A stretch of 64,000 nucleotides of DNA, from the NCBI GenBank assembly GCA_963920595.1, contig OY986946.1, positions 6,386,001 to 6,450,000 of the forward strand. The letters are read 5' to 3'. The position numbers and the translations under genes were made by a program. The notes beneath the pieces were generated by a model that was not told the DNA's origin, searched no databases, and saw only the letters and a list, made by a program, of their open reading frames with translations. This document shows positions 33,645 through 46,009 of the stretch, piece after piece. The stretch's first letter is position 1; each line of letters starts with the position of its first letter. The stretch comes from Eimeria praecox. Lineage: Eukaryota.

Positions 33645-35390
33645 CTGCTGCTGCTGGTGCTGCTGCTGCTGGTGCTGCTGTTGGTGCTGCTGGTGCTGCG
33701 GATGTTGTCTGTACTGGCGCTGATGTCGATGCTTCTGGTGTTGCTGTTGTTGCTGATGCTGCTATTGTCGGTATTGCGGGTGTTGCTGCTGCCGTTGCTG
33801 CTGCTGTTGCAGCTGCTGCTGCAGCTGGTGTTGCTGCTGCGGGGAGTGGTGGGTTTCTGCTGTTCGTTATTGTTTGTTTGTCTTTACAATTTAATTGTAA
33901 TATACGTCTTGCTGCTGCATGCAAATATCGTTCGACAGCCCCAAACAAAGGCGTTTGCTTATACCCAAACCCCACATACACCTCAGCTACAGACAAAGCA
34001 AGCTCTAGCTGCTGCAGCTGCAGCTGCTGCTGCAGTTCATACTGCTGCTGTAGATCCTGCTCCTGCTGCAGATGCTGCTCCTGCTGCAGCTGCTGCTCCT
34101 GCTGCAGCTGCTGCTCCTGCTGCAGCTGCTGCTCCTGCTGCAGCTGCTGTTCCTGCTGCAGCTGCTGTTCCTGCTGCAGCTGCTGCTCGTGCTGCAGCTC
34201 ATCTTGCTGCTTGCGGAGGGAAGGAGGAGGTGCAGAAGGTAGAGGTATATGCTTAAAGGCTGGGAGTAAGGCAGACAAGAGAGGATAGTGCGGGTGATTT
34301 AGAATATGAAGAGACAGCACAACGTCTGCTGCAGCAGCAAATGTCAGTACACCCCGATGAAGACGCAGATCTTGCACTATAAGCAAATATCTGAGAAGAT
34401 ATAAAAACAAAAGAAGAAAATAACTACTCTAATCCCTTTGATGTTTATTTAATAGAAAACAACAACATTACAATATCGAGGAAAACAAGAAAAACCGCTA
34501 GAAGGGAGGAGAGACTGCTGCCATCAAACAGAAGAAAGGAAGCAAACTCCAGCAGCAGCAACAGCAGCAGCAACAGCAGCAACAGCAGCAGCAGCAGCAA
34601 AAACAGCAGCAACCTGCCTGGGGTCTCGGACTATGGATTCTGCTTCGTTTCGTCGAGACAAACTCCTTTCAACAGCAGCTTCATCGCCTGACAAAGCCGA
34701 GAAGAAATGAAATAGAGATAAAGGCTCTTGAGGCCAAGTAGGAGGGGAGGGAAGTTTTAAAGAGAGTCGAGAGAAGGGAGAAGCAGTAGAAGTTTCTGCT
34801 GCAATGTTATGCTGCGGGTCTGCTGTACTACATGCTGTCTTGCTGCTGCTGTTGCTGTTGTTGGGCTGTACAGACAGCGTAGCAAGATGTTTAATAGCAG
34901 AAACCAAATTCTTCACAAAGAATGCTCCTCTGTGGCTAGCTACAATTCTTAACACTTCTTCTGTTGTTGAACAGGATAGAATGAGGCGATCGAGCTGTAG
35001 ACACAGTTCACTACAATACACCTCATCCCATCGTTGCTCAAGTGATAGAGGAAATCTAAATGCAATTTCATTATCTTTATTCTTCTCTTGTAAACTGTTT
35101 GATTCCTCTTCCTTCCCGCTTTCTGTCTTTGGCTGTTGCTGTAGCTCAGTTGTAGAATCTACGGCGGCCTCCCCGTCTGATGCTGCTGCAGAGTCTGAAG
35201 GCGCGGCAGCTTGATAATGAAATGAACAGGATGAAGGAGACAACCACCGGTATGCGGTTCTGCAGTCGGTGTACAGACAGTGCGATAAAGGAAGTGATGA
35301 CGCCTTCAGAGGCGAAGAGGCTACGCTTACGAAGGGGCCCCTCAGAGCAGGCCAGTGCGCTACCCTTCGAATTAAATACACCACACTCAT
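30377..35390 (-). CDS. RAP-domain helical-repeat protein (probable organellar RNA-binding protein), about 969 aa
   Basis: Model 35390-34618, 34390-32922, 32531-32376, 31488-31312, 30711-30377 (2910 nt, in frame; first intron GC-AG). Ser/Arg-rich, acid-poor N-terminus ([20 protein letters not shown]), helical repeats ([49 protein letters not shown]), and a C-terminal RAP-like pattern [16 protein letters not shown]...PLPVDIII...[28 protein letters not shown]...EEQKNII. Extra small exons are possible. Confidence 0.72.
31700..32305. repeat. Long (ATATAG)n hexamer microsatellite, intronic, perfect for about 300 bp then degenerate
   Basis: Direct reading. Confidence 0.93.
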
Positions 35391-37269
35391 TGCATAGTCT
35401 AAAATATAATTTTTGCAGTCGGTAGACTGCTGCAAAATACTCAAAGAACCTTCATTAAAGAAGATCGTTCTCAGCGAAACAAACGAAGAGGACCTAGCAG
35501 ACGCGCCGCCACTATACCTCGTGCGATCCCGCGGCGAAACAGATAAATAAAAGGAAAATTAAAATATAAACATTAAAACATATATTCGTTAATGCCTGAA
35601 AGACAAAGAAAATGCAAATTCAACGTCAAAATATGAAGAAGGAAACGCGAAGAAGAACAACCACAACCTGCAATAGCAATGGAATGACACTCGATCATCG
35701 AGGCGGCAGCGGGGGAGAGAAAAACATATTTTAATATCTATTTTATTTTTATTTATTTGTTTTTACTTTTATTTCTCTTTTAATATATGCTTGTTTGAAT
35801 GATTTCCTTCTAGTAATTCATATCTAATTATTTTCGCCCCAGTTCTTATCGCGAGCCCTTGATCGTAAGTGTTATTGTTTCTTTCCACTAATTATTACCT
35901 TTATTTTATTATTGTTGGTTGTTTTTTGTTTTCCCCTTTTTCGTTTTTGTTATTGTTTGCCTTCTTATTCTCCTTTTCATCATTTAGATCTGATACTTCC
36001 ATGACACCCTGCATGCTTGCTACCTTACAACTGTTTAGGGCTTGCATTATCTTGTTCCGTGTGTTGTTGTTATGATTTTGTTTTATTCTCTCTCTCTCTC
36101 TTCTTTCAAAAAAAATTAATTTAATTAATTTTGTTTTACTGTACTCCATTTCTGCTTATTTTACCGTGACGCCGACTATAAACAAACTTTCACAGACAGC
36201 CGGGAAAAGTAACAGACAAGCAGGAAAGTTGAACAAAGGGAAAATATAAATTAAGAAGAGAAAAACAAGGAATGCCGCTTCTACAGGGAGGAAACAGCTG
36301 AATAATTATGAATAAAGACGAATATTATTATTAATTATTCATTATGAATAATTAATAATTATGAAAAAATAGAGAAGACATAACTAAAATGCTAGCTAAC
36401 AGTTTTATGGCGTGTCTCCCCTACCAAAGCAGTATTATCTACTTGTATTACGAATATTACTATAAATAGTAGAAGTAATGATCCCTGAAATATCTCTGTT
36501 GTTTGTCTACTTATTTGTTTGTCTGTGCATATCTTGTTGTATCATTTGTGTGGCTGTATATTATTGTTACTATTACGATTAGTATTACTATCACTGTTAC
36601 TATTATTGTTATTTTTATTATTATTCTCGCTCGCGCTCGCTTGGTTTCGGTTGTCTTCTGCTCGTAGAGACGTTCAGCACAGAAGACTGCCCCACTCTTG
36701 TTGCTTTTGACGTTATCCCTATATTCGTTCCTTTGTTTCTTCTTTCGTCTTCTCTTTTTTTCTTGTTTTTGTCCTTCCATTTGTTTTTTTCGGCCTTCGT
36801 CAGCAACAGCAGCAAAGCGCCCTTTTCTTATTCCTTTCTACTCTTGTTCCTTCTGTCATTTTTCCTGTTCTCCTCCCTTACTACTGTTTTTTCTGTTTGT
36901 GTCACCTGCGTTTTATCCTTGGTTTCGCTCATATTCTTGTTCTTATTTTAGCTGGTATTCTCGTTCTTTTTTCCTTCAATGCTCTTTTTCCTTCTCTTGT
37001 CCTTTTTCTTGCGATTTATCTGTTCTTTTCCACGTTCATAGTCTAATTGGGGTTCCTCCTCTTGTACTACGTATACATCTTGCCGTTTTTTGTTCGTTTG
37101 CTTGCTTTCCTTCGTGGTGTCGTTCTGCTTCACATGTTGATTCTTGTTTTCCCTGGTTCCTTTAGGCCTCGTTCTTGTGCTCGGTTTTGTTTTCGGTGCT
37201 ATCTGTCGCTTCCATGTTGATGCTTACGCAATATTCGTCCGCCTGCTTAACTTTAATTTCCCGATTGTC

Positions 37270-39620
37270 ATTCAGTTTGTTTAATTACGAGGTGTTTATC
37301 AAATTACTTGAGGCACAATTTTTAAATCGTCTTTACAGAATCCTCATGAGACTTGAAAACAAAATATATTCCGCCTTCCTGTGTCAAGATGCAGAATTTT
37401 CTTGCACTGAGCCTCTCTACCATTATTTCTGGAAAGTCATCAACTATCCCTTGGCTTGTATGGAGCAAGGAATGCCAGCAATCCACGATGCATGCTTATC
37501 CGAGAAGAACAGCACAAACGCGTAAACTGCACGCATATGCCTATATTTATGCACATATGCATATGAGTGTATGCATTTCCGTACACCACCACGGCTCCGA
37601 TTACCGCTGTTGCCCTCACGGAATTGCGTTTGCTTCTGCCTTTGCTTGTATGCTTGCTCATTTTTTACTAGAGCTCTTGTTGGGCTTTTGGTTTGCTCGT
37701 TTGTCTCTCTTTGCTTCTAGTACATGCTTGTTTTCCGCTTGCTTGTTTGCTTGTTTACTCTTTTTCGTGATTTCAATTTGGTGTCCATCGTTTCTCTTTC
37801 AGTCTTCCGCCTCTTCTTTTTGTTTGTTGCCATAATTAACAACATCGATTACTGCATGCAGAAGGAAACAAAACCGGCAGTGTGAAGAGCGCTGATTCAT
37901 ACCTAAACACCAAGGCATGGCCCAGGCAGCGGCATTGCCCAATTCAACGCGGGAAACAAAAGAACAGAGCGAACAGAAGAGCAACAAAACAAAGCAATAG
38001 GAAGAACGTGCTTAAGGGTTCCCGTACGCTCTTCAACGAATCCCATGGCACTTGGCCGCAGCCACTGCTTGCCTTTTTAAAGTTCTTCCATTTTGCCTTC
38101 CTTTCCGTGGTTGTGTATACATGCTGACAAGGTTGATCAGATTGGGCAGGTCCTTTTGGTGGCCTGCGATGCACCCTTCGGCTGAAAAACGCGTCTTAGG
38201 TGCCCTTGTTTGCGCGGAATAGCAGCAGCTAAGGCCCAGAAAATGTTTCAAAATGTTTGGGCCCCTTAACGGATCTGGACTAATGCCTGAGGGAGCTCCA
38301 GAGTGGTTATGCCATCGATTAGAGGCTATGATAGCATTTGCGCTGTTGCGGCTGGACTAAGCAAATGTACTGACTTCATACATTGCTCACCCGTGGCGTG
38401 AAAGCAGGGTGAGCGGTTTAATTATTCTTTTGTAATATTTCTGGCGCGAATTCTGCGGCACTTCTTAATACCAACCATAGGTTGTTTACCGCGACACACT
38501 TGAAGGTAGGCAACCAAATTGAACACATCAACCGCACGCCTGTGCAGGATTAGCGATTCGATAGTCGTTTGATTTCCCGTGAAATGAGTGAGCGTACAAT
38601 AAAATAGTGCACCATTTTACCCGCTGCTCTCTATTTCTTCTGGTTTGCACCGCTACACATTTGTCTAACCCGACGCTGGACACCGTCGGCAACAAGCTCC
38701 ATACGCTCTCACTTTCAGATTTTCGAAGACAGCTTGCAACGGCCTGGCAATGTTTGCCGACAGCACAGGAGCGCAAGACAAGCAACTGTAGAAAGCAAAG
38801 TTCCTGCGATTTATTTAACCATGACGATCCGAATCTAGTGAATTCGCTTCCTCTATGAATTGCGGAGGAGGGCGAACAGCTGAAGAAGCCTACCATGAGG
38901 TGGATAGGGCTCTTTGCTGCTCGTTTTCGGGTCAAGACGCTGCCCTAAATTGTAGATTTTTCTCAACGTGACGATGCCGCCATAGCATTAATACGGTTTG
39001 GCTAAAAGTGTTTATGGGGCCACCGAAACTTCCTTGAATTCTCCAAATAAAACAGCAGCACCGTCATTGCAAGAACGAGCGACTGAAGGACACTAAGACT
39101 CTTGACACAAGTGAAAACACGCTCACAGGCCACAAAAAGTGATAATGGTGTGTCAAGTTGTAAGGACGTCGTCAGCTCAAGCAGACTCTGAGAATCGCCT
39201 ACGCACAGTTCCTGAGAAATATCTGCGAGCCCTCCTTGGAACGCCGGCGGCGGCTACGCGGAGAGCGTCCATAGCCCATCGTGAAGTTAGATGGCAAATA
39301 AACTTTCTTGTCTGTGTGGGGTGGAATTCGCATTCATCATGAGAGTTTGATCTCTCTTTGTCCAATTATTTTTCCTTCGCGAGTTACGCCCCTCTGTATA
39401 CATTTGGCAGCTCGGCGCTGCCGCCAACAACCGCTTCCAATGTTTTCGCTAGGTGGCCCCTTTGGATTCGACTAAACAAGTGCCTTAGCATTACACACCA
39501 GTTCATACGAGAGTCGGTATTAGTGAAGGATCTTGGTGAACTACAGTACAGTCGCACGCGCCTCAACATGAGTCATAGTGACCAGGAAGCCTGGAGACTG
39601 ACAGGTGAGATCAGTTGCTC
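37270..39620 (+). mobile_element. Highly degenerate Ty1/copia-like pol relic (integrase core - RT - RNase H)
   Basis: Collinear decayed motifs. IN: EVFIKL...ENKI...DAEF...KVI...P...SEKNST..*TARICL (37290-37545). RT: QQL...FGPL (about 38225-38268), LLRL/KQMY*LH (38342-38378), LFLLVCT, LFNHDDPNLVNSLPL, YHEVDRAL...DAALNCRFFS, KCLWG. RH: TSD*, ASIAHREVRWQINFL, ASNVFAR, KCLSITHQFIRESV...ELQY..T.LNM. Many stops and frameshifts; matched by eye only. Confidence 0.62.
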
Positions 39621-40717
39621 TTGTGAAGCTCTAACCTCACGTATTTTGACCGTAATTCACCTAGTGTAACGATAGTCCCCGACCTTTGCTGAGGGCCTTA
39701 GAGCGCTCCAATGGAGCCAAAGATTTATGAAACGAATTACCCCCAAAGCAGCTGGTCTCGCCTCCAATATCCTGGCCTCCTGCGCACAGCGGCCCAAGGG
39801 CCTAGTGTTCATGTGGAGGCGGGCCGGCTTGCCTTGGGACGCAACGCACGTTGGGGCTACTAGCGCTGCAAGGCAACCCCACATGCACACACAATCAACC
39901 CTCTTGATACATGCGCCAGTATTGTAGGTTTTTGTGTAGGGGTTTGTTAAACACTCTCTTAGGCCACCATATTCAGCTTGCTAGCCAGTAGTGATACGAG
40001 TTCAATCACCACACAGGCCGTGCTGCATTGGGGATCCACTGGGAACGTCGTTCCCCCTCGTTACGCCAGGTGTGGCCTTCAACCACACTCTAGAGGCAGC
40101 TTAACATTTGAGTATTTTTGATCATTGTCGCTTGCACATGCATGAGGGGAATGAGGTACTATAGGTATAACGGTAGACAACAACACCCGTAGGGGCTACT
40201 GCTGCAGCAACAATGATGCTGCATGTGCAAGCATTCGGCCAGTACAGTAGGCCCGGAACTACGGTGAAACTCCACAGATAACTGCAGCCTGCTAGTAAAA
40301 CCAGAAGTACGTTTGAATGCCTAGACTTAACATATATACTCGGGCTTTTAACTAATACGAGCAAGGCACTACAGGCAGTGTTTGGGGCTGGATGAGCCCT
40401 TGGCCCTGCAACGCGTCGTACTAGAATAAGAAGTTCAATTAATATTGTCAGCTTATCTCTCCCCCCAGTAATGAATTTCAGCATTTCATGTGTTTTCAAG
40501 TGGATATTGGGCATTTAGTTGGAGTTTGCACCTATAACAGAACCGCGACAGTTTGCAGCGGGTCTGTAGGCACAAGCTCGTTACGGCTGCGGTGTTGGCA
40601 TGAGGGAGCCCCGTGAGCCATTGGGGGTTGAAAGGACGTTGCATTTTCCTCTTTAGGGTTAAAACTAAATATATTTTTGTGTTTTGGCTGCTATTTTCAC
40701 CTTCATCTGCCCTGGAA

Positions 40718-43700
40718 ATGGTGCGTACCCTCCGGACACTCCCCGAGAACCCGATTAGTTTCTAGTTGCCATGGGTTGCCAGCTGTACATAGGCTGGGCA
40801 CAGTCGTGTCCAACACTCTCTTTTTTCTTCTGTTCTAATAGCTCTGCTCCACAGACAGTGGCTAACACGATACAGATCCGCTGCAGGTAGCATGCACGCG
40901 CAGCCGAGGGGTGTATGTCTGAGGGGGGCGTCACGCGATGTCGCCGCTGCTCATGAACAGCTACAGAGGAAATGCATAGACCATCCGCCTGCATGCAGCG
41001 GCATGATGGGGCTTTGGATATTCACCTTCACACTTGTGGAGTCGTTTCCAGATGGAGCTTAAGGAATGGGCCTCAACGAACCTGGCGGGGTGTAGATACA
41101 GCTTGTGTTACGTTTCTGAATTCCCAGTCTGCGGCTTTCCTATTGTGTGCGAACTTGTGTTCCTCAGTTCGCCGCGCGTCACGGCCTGGGGGCCCTCCTG
41201 AAGGATGGCTACCGCACCTTCACGGGAATTGATGAGGTGACAGCCAAAAATATCGAGGCCTGCAAGGCCCTCACAGACATTATAAAGACCTCTTTGGGTG
41301 AGTCAGATGTTTCTTCTTAAGCCATTTCACAAACTGCAGCTGCTGCACCGGTTGCATAGAGAGCTCTAACAGCAGCGGCAGCTGCGAAAGCAACTTTAGG
41401 GATAAGACGGCAAGCGTAGTAGAGACAAGACAGCTTGGCTGTGTGGTGCGTACCCCTGCTTCCGCTTGCGTTTGCTGTTTGTTTTAAATTTATTTTTGTT
41501 TCTTTTGTGGTTGTTGTGGGTCTATCTTAGGCCCCTATGGACTGAGCAAGCTAGTTGTGAATGCCTGGGGAAAACGCTCGGTAACAAATGATACAACAGC
41601 GATCCTTAAAGACCTGGAAGTCCAACATCCCGCAGCAAAGCTGCTGGTGATGGCTGCTGAAATGCAGAAACAAGAAATGGGCGGCGGCTGCAACTTCCTT
41701 CTCATCCTCGCTGGCTACCTTCTCACAAATGTGAGCGAGCATCTATGTTTGTTGCTGTCTAATCCATAATAATATTACTCTTATGGTTGCTGTTGCTCCC
41801 CTGTTCATATGTTGTTTTTCGTTCTTTAATTATATGAATTGACTATACTGCTACCCCGAGCACTGCTGCAGCTTTCGTGGTGTGTTTCTTGATTGTTTTT
41901 CCTTTCAGTTCTTGTCATGTACAGACACTCCAAGGCTGTGTTTTTGTTTTTGTTTGATACATACTTGTTTTTAATTGTGTGAGTATGCCTTTGTTTCTTC
42001 TTTTCTTGCTGCACTCAGGCGGATTACCTGCTGCGTCAGGGGTTGCATCTGAGCGACGTCATCCGAGGCTATGAACTCGCGCTAGAGGAGATCCCGGCCT
42101 TCTTCGCGGAGGCCGTCTGCCACTCCGTTGATAACCTCAAAGACCCCAAGCAGCTGGAGCCTGGTAGGTCTGGTCTTTGCCTCGTTGCATGCGTCTTGCA
42201 GTGTTTGTTTGGTTTCCTTCTTTGCACATACTTTCGACTGTATGGGGAGGTCTGTCTGCACGTATTGCGAAGAGCTGCGGGGGGTTGTTGCGTTTCAGTG
42301 CTGAGGACGGTGCTAGCCAGCAAGCCCATTTGTATAGAGGCGGGGTTGTCTACATTGCTGGCCTCTGCGATTGCCTCGGTGATGCCTCCCAAGTTTGAAG
42401 ACTTCGACCCCGACAACATTCGTGTTGCCAAGCTGCAGGGGGGCCGCCTCAGCCTGTCTACTGTGCTTAACGGCATGGTTATTATCAAGCCACCCCACGG
42501 TGCGTGCCGTCTGCCCTTCTCGCTTCTTCAAGCTTTGCAGAATCTATCTATTGCTGTCGCATGCGTGCCTTCTTCCTGGGGCTGTTGCTGTGACTTGAAG
42601 GCTCCTGCTGTGTTTGTCGGAGGCATCCATCTAGCGGTGGTTTGTTGCTAGTCAGTGCAGCAGGAACAAACTCAAAACACTCACGTCCTGTCGGGCGCGC
42701 ATGCATGCGCTGTCTGCTGCTTCATTCAGGCACCGTTGAGTCGAAGGGCAGGTGTAATGTGATGGTGTTGGGCTGCGGCCTCGAGTGCGCAACAACCGAG
42801 GCCAAGGGAACTGTTCTTCTTCACACAGCTGAAGAGCTGCAGAACTTCACGAAGGGAGAGGAGGCTCAAATGGAGGAAATCATCAAGGGCATCAAGAATG
42901 CTGGTAGGTCTTCGCTGCACTTCAGCTCCTTTTGCTGGCCCCTTCCCTCCCCAGATGTATGGCAGCCGACGACCTATAGCAGCACGGGATGTCTAGAGGC
43001 CCACCTGCAGGCGCACTGACCTTATACTTGGAGGCTTGGGGGATGCTGAAGCCTCTCCATCCCCTCAACTAGCTACTCCTGATGTAGCGAAAGATTGTAA
43101 TAGCTTCAACGGATTACACTTCTGGTCATGCTCGCGTAGAGATTGCATGCAAATGATTGGTCTGCTGTCCTTTTTGGCTGTAGGCGTCGAGGCCATAATT
43201 GTGCACGGAGGTGGCATTGCGGACATAGCGCAGCACTTCTGCAACAAATACGAAATCCTCACTATCAAGGTGCGGCAACGTAGAAAAGAAACGCGTGTTG
43301 TTTGTTTATCGTTGGTGGTGGATTGCATTTGCTGTTGTACCTGCTGTCGTTTGTGTATATGTGTTGAATTCGTATGTCTGTCTGTCTCACATCGCGAGTT
43401 TTTCACATCTTGCTCTCCGGGGGAGGAAGGAAAGTGCTGCGAAATGGTATTTTCTGAAGGGGATTTGCGTAGCTGGAAAGCACTACAGCAAAGAATGAAC
43501 GCAGCAAGAAGTGTCTCTTGCGATGCTGCTGCAGGTGCCTTCCAAGTTTGAAACCCGACGTCTCTGCAGGGCCCTGGGTGCTACAGCACTCGTTCGCCTG
43601 GTCAGTTTTTTTGTGTAGCTTCTGAGTGGGAGGACAGGGTTGTTGGGGGTTCTGAAGTTCTATGGATCACGTTCGTGTATTGTTCGTGTCCAGCCCGTTC

Positions 43701-45869
43701 AAGCCCTCTTGTTTCTTGGACCGTTTAAATCCATTTATCCATAGAACCCTTCATCCAGCTACACCGAGCAATGTTAAAATTTCATTGAGGCAGCGTGCTC
43801 CTTTGCATGGCGCCACTCGAGTCATCTGATGCATTAAAGGCATTAAAGTTGTTTTCCTCATTGAGTTAGGTAGACAGTGTGTTTCTACTCGTTCTCGTTG
43901 GAAACAGACTGTTCTCAATATCAGTTGCTCTTTGCTGGCTTTGTACGGAATGTGTGCAGGGTGTGCCCATGGCTGACGAGTTGGGAGTGGCGGAGTCGAT
44001 TCGAACCATCGAAATCTCCAGCACCAAAGTTACCCAAATCCTGTGCAGGTGAGCTAAGCACATTTGCTGCAGTCGTCTGCTTTTCTGTGCTGCGGCTGCC
44101 GGTGGGGCTGCTGCTTTTGAAACGAGACGGGAAATATGTTCATTTGAGCAGCTGCTTGTCCCGCGTGTATTGGGGTTGAGTGTGGCGGATGAGGCCCTTT
44201 GAGCTGCACACAATAAAGGTAGAGGAGGTGTTGCCTGGATGCAGTTGTGTGCGTACGTAAGTGCTCATTTATTTATGGACACCTTTCTGTGTCATGTCGC
44301 CGCAGAGATACCCGTGTGCAGACAGTTGTCCTTCGTGGGTCGACCCCCTGCATCCTCGACGAGGCGGAGAAGGCGGTGGACGACGCCTGCGCCTTTGCTA
44401 AGGCACTCACCAAAGACAGACGCTTCGTCGCGGGAGCTGGGGCAGCGGAAATGGAGCTCGCAAGGAAGCTGCAGGTCTGTCTGTACACTTGGCAGTTGGC
44501 GGCACAATTGAAGGGTTCATGCTGATCGCCAGCTGATTGAAAAGCGGCCCTTCTAGCTAGCTAGACAACCAACCCGACAGGCAGCTAGCGAGGTTGCTAG
44601 TCATCTGGGTAGCTAGTTAGCTGACAGTGGTTCCCTTCAGGCAAACGTCGTACCGCGGCTGGTCGTCCATATACGGCATACAGGTGCCAAACAAGAGCAT
44701 ACCAATTCAGTAGCAGCAGCAGCAGGCCTTCTGTTTACCAGGCTTATGAAATATGCTGTCCTAAGGAGTCCTGTTTTTCAGGCGGCGGCGGAGAAAGTGC
44801 CTGGCGTCGAACAGCACGCAATCATGAAGGCTGCCGAAGCTTTTGAAGCCATCCCTAGACTCCTCGCGGAAAGTGCTGGCCTGAATGCCACAGGTAACAA
44901 CTTTGTGTCTCGATCTCGGTCTTTTTTCCTTTTGTTGGAGCTTGGGTTGTTTCGTTGGTTCACTATAGTTGAACGTTGACGTGTGTACTTCAAGGCACGG
45001 TGCTTCACCATGATCACTTCTTTGTAGCTAGAATTTTTTTCTTGAGTCAGATGATTTTCCCTTGAAGAAAGTAATCATGTTTTTTGTAAGGCTTTTCTCT
45101 GTAAGGCCTGCTTCTGCTTAGAAGGTTTTCGTATTTTCGGCCAGGCCGTTTTATTTGTTGAACGGTCTAGGCCTCTTCGTCGGGAAGCCTTATTGTGTCG
45201 CATCACATGCATGTCGTTTGAGATCTCTGCTGAAACACCACTTCTGTTTTATCTTGTGTGCATTCGGTATTACTTGAATTGTTCATGGATTGCACCCGGA
45301 TAAAGGAAAAGCCGCAAGGGTACTAAGCATTTTTGGCTTTGTGAGCAAGTGCTCGTTTGTGTATGTATGTGGGTGCTCTTTTATGCAGAGGTCCTGGCCG
45401 CATTGCATGCAGCGCATTCGACAGGCCGCGTGTTTGAGGGGGTAAACATAGAGGCCTATGTGAGTGCGGCGGCGTCCAGCCGGGGAACCTCAAGCAACGC
45501 CAAAGTGAACATGACTGTTGACGCAAAGGCCTTAGGCATTCTTGACCACATGCAAACAAAGGCATGGGCCACTCGTCTTGCATTCGACGCTGCAGTCACT
45601 ACGCTACGTGTTGACCAGATCATCATGGCGAGACCAGCAGGCGGCCCAGCTCCCCGTGAGTCCTTTTTGAATGCACTACGAAAATATACACCCGACCCTG
45701 CCGCGCAACGCGGGTGGCGTTGTCGTTGTTGAGCTGTGCACGGCATGGATGAATGCTTGTCTGCTTTGGTTGCTCATTTGCTCTATTCTGTTTTGCCGAA
45801 ACAATACGGTACGTGATGGTGCGCTCTTTCTTCATTGCAGGTGCCCCAGGAGCTCCTGACGCAGACTAA
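40718..45869 (+). CDS. CCT8: T-complex protein 1 subunit theta (chaperonin CCT8), 556 aa, 13 coding exons
   Basis: Exons 40718-40720 (ATG only), 41168-41297, 41531-41730, 42019-42163, 42299-42499, 42730-42903, 43184-43269, 43535-43600, 43960-44048, 44306-44474, 44782-44893, 45389-45655, 45841-45869 (1671 nt). Theta-type motifs LLKDGY, KNIEAC, EVQHPAAKL, DNIRVAKL, TEAKGTVL, NFTKGEE, SKFETRRLC, VDQIIMARPAGGP. Confidence 0.96.
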
Positions 45870-46009
45870 AGAGCACACCCAAAATTTGCAGCTGGACTTA
45901 GCCTTAGCCCCATGAGTGCTTCTCGCAGCAAGGTTAGTACATTCTTCTGCGTGGCAGAAGTATGTAACAAATACAACTTAGCTGTGAGCGGGCAGAAAGC
46001 ACATCGTCC

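Noticed and set aside
37175..37525. Possible orphan exon or Eimeria SAG-like fragment (C...YFWK)
   Set aside because: No signal peptide, GPI signal or partner exons found; the same frame fits a copia integrase core better and is collinear with downstream RT and RNase H remnants.
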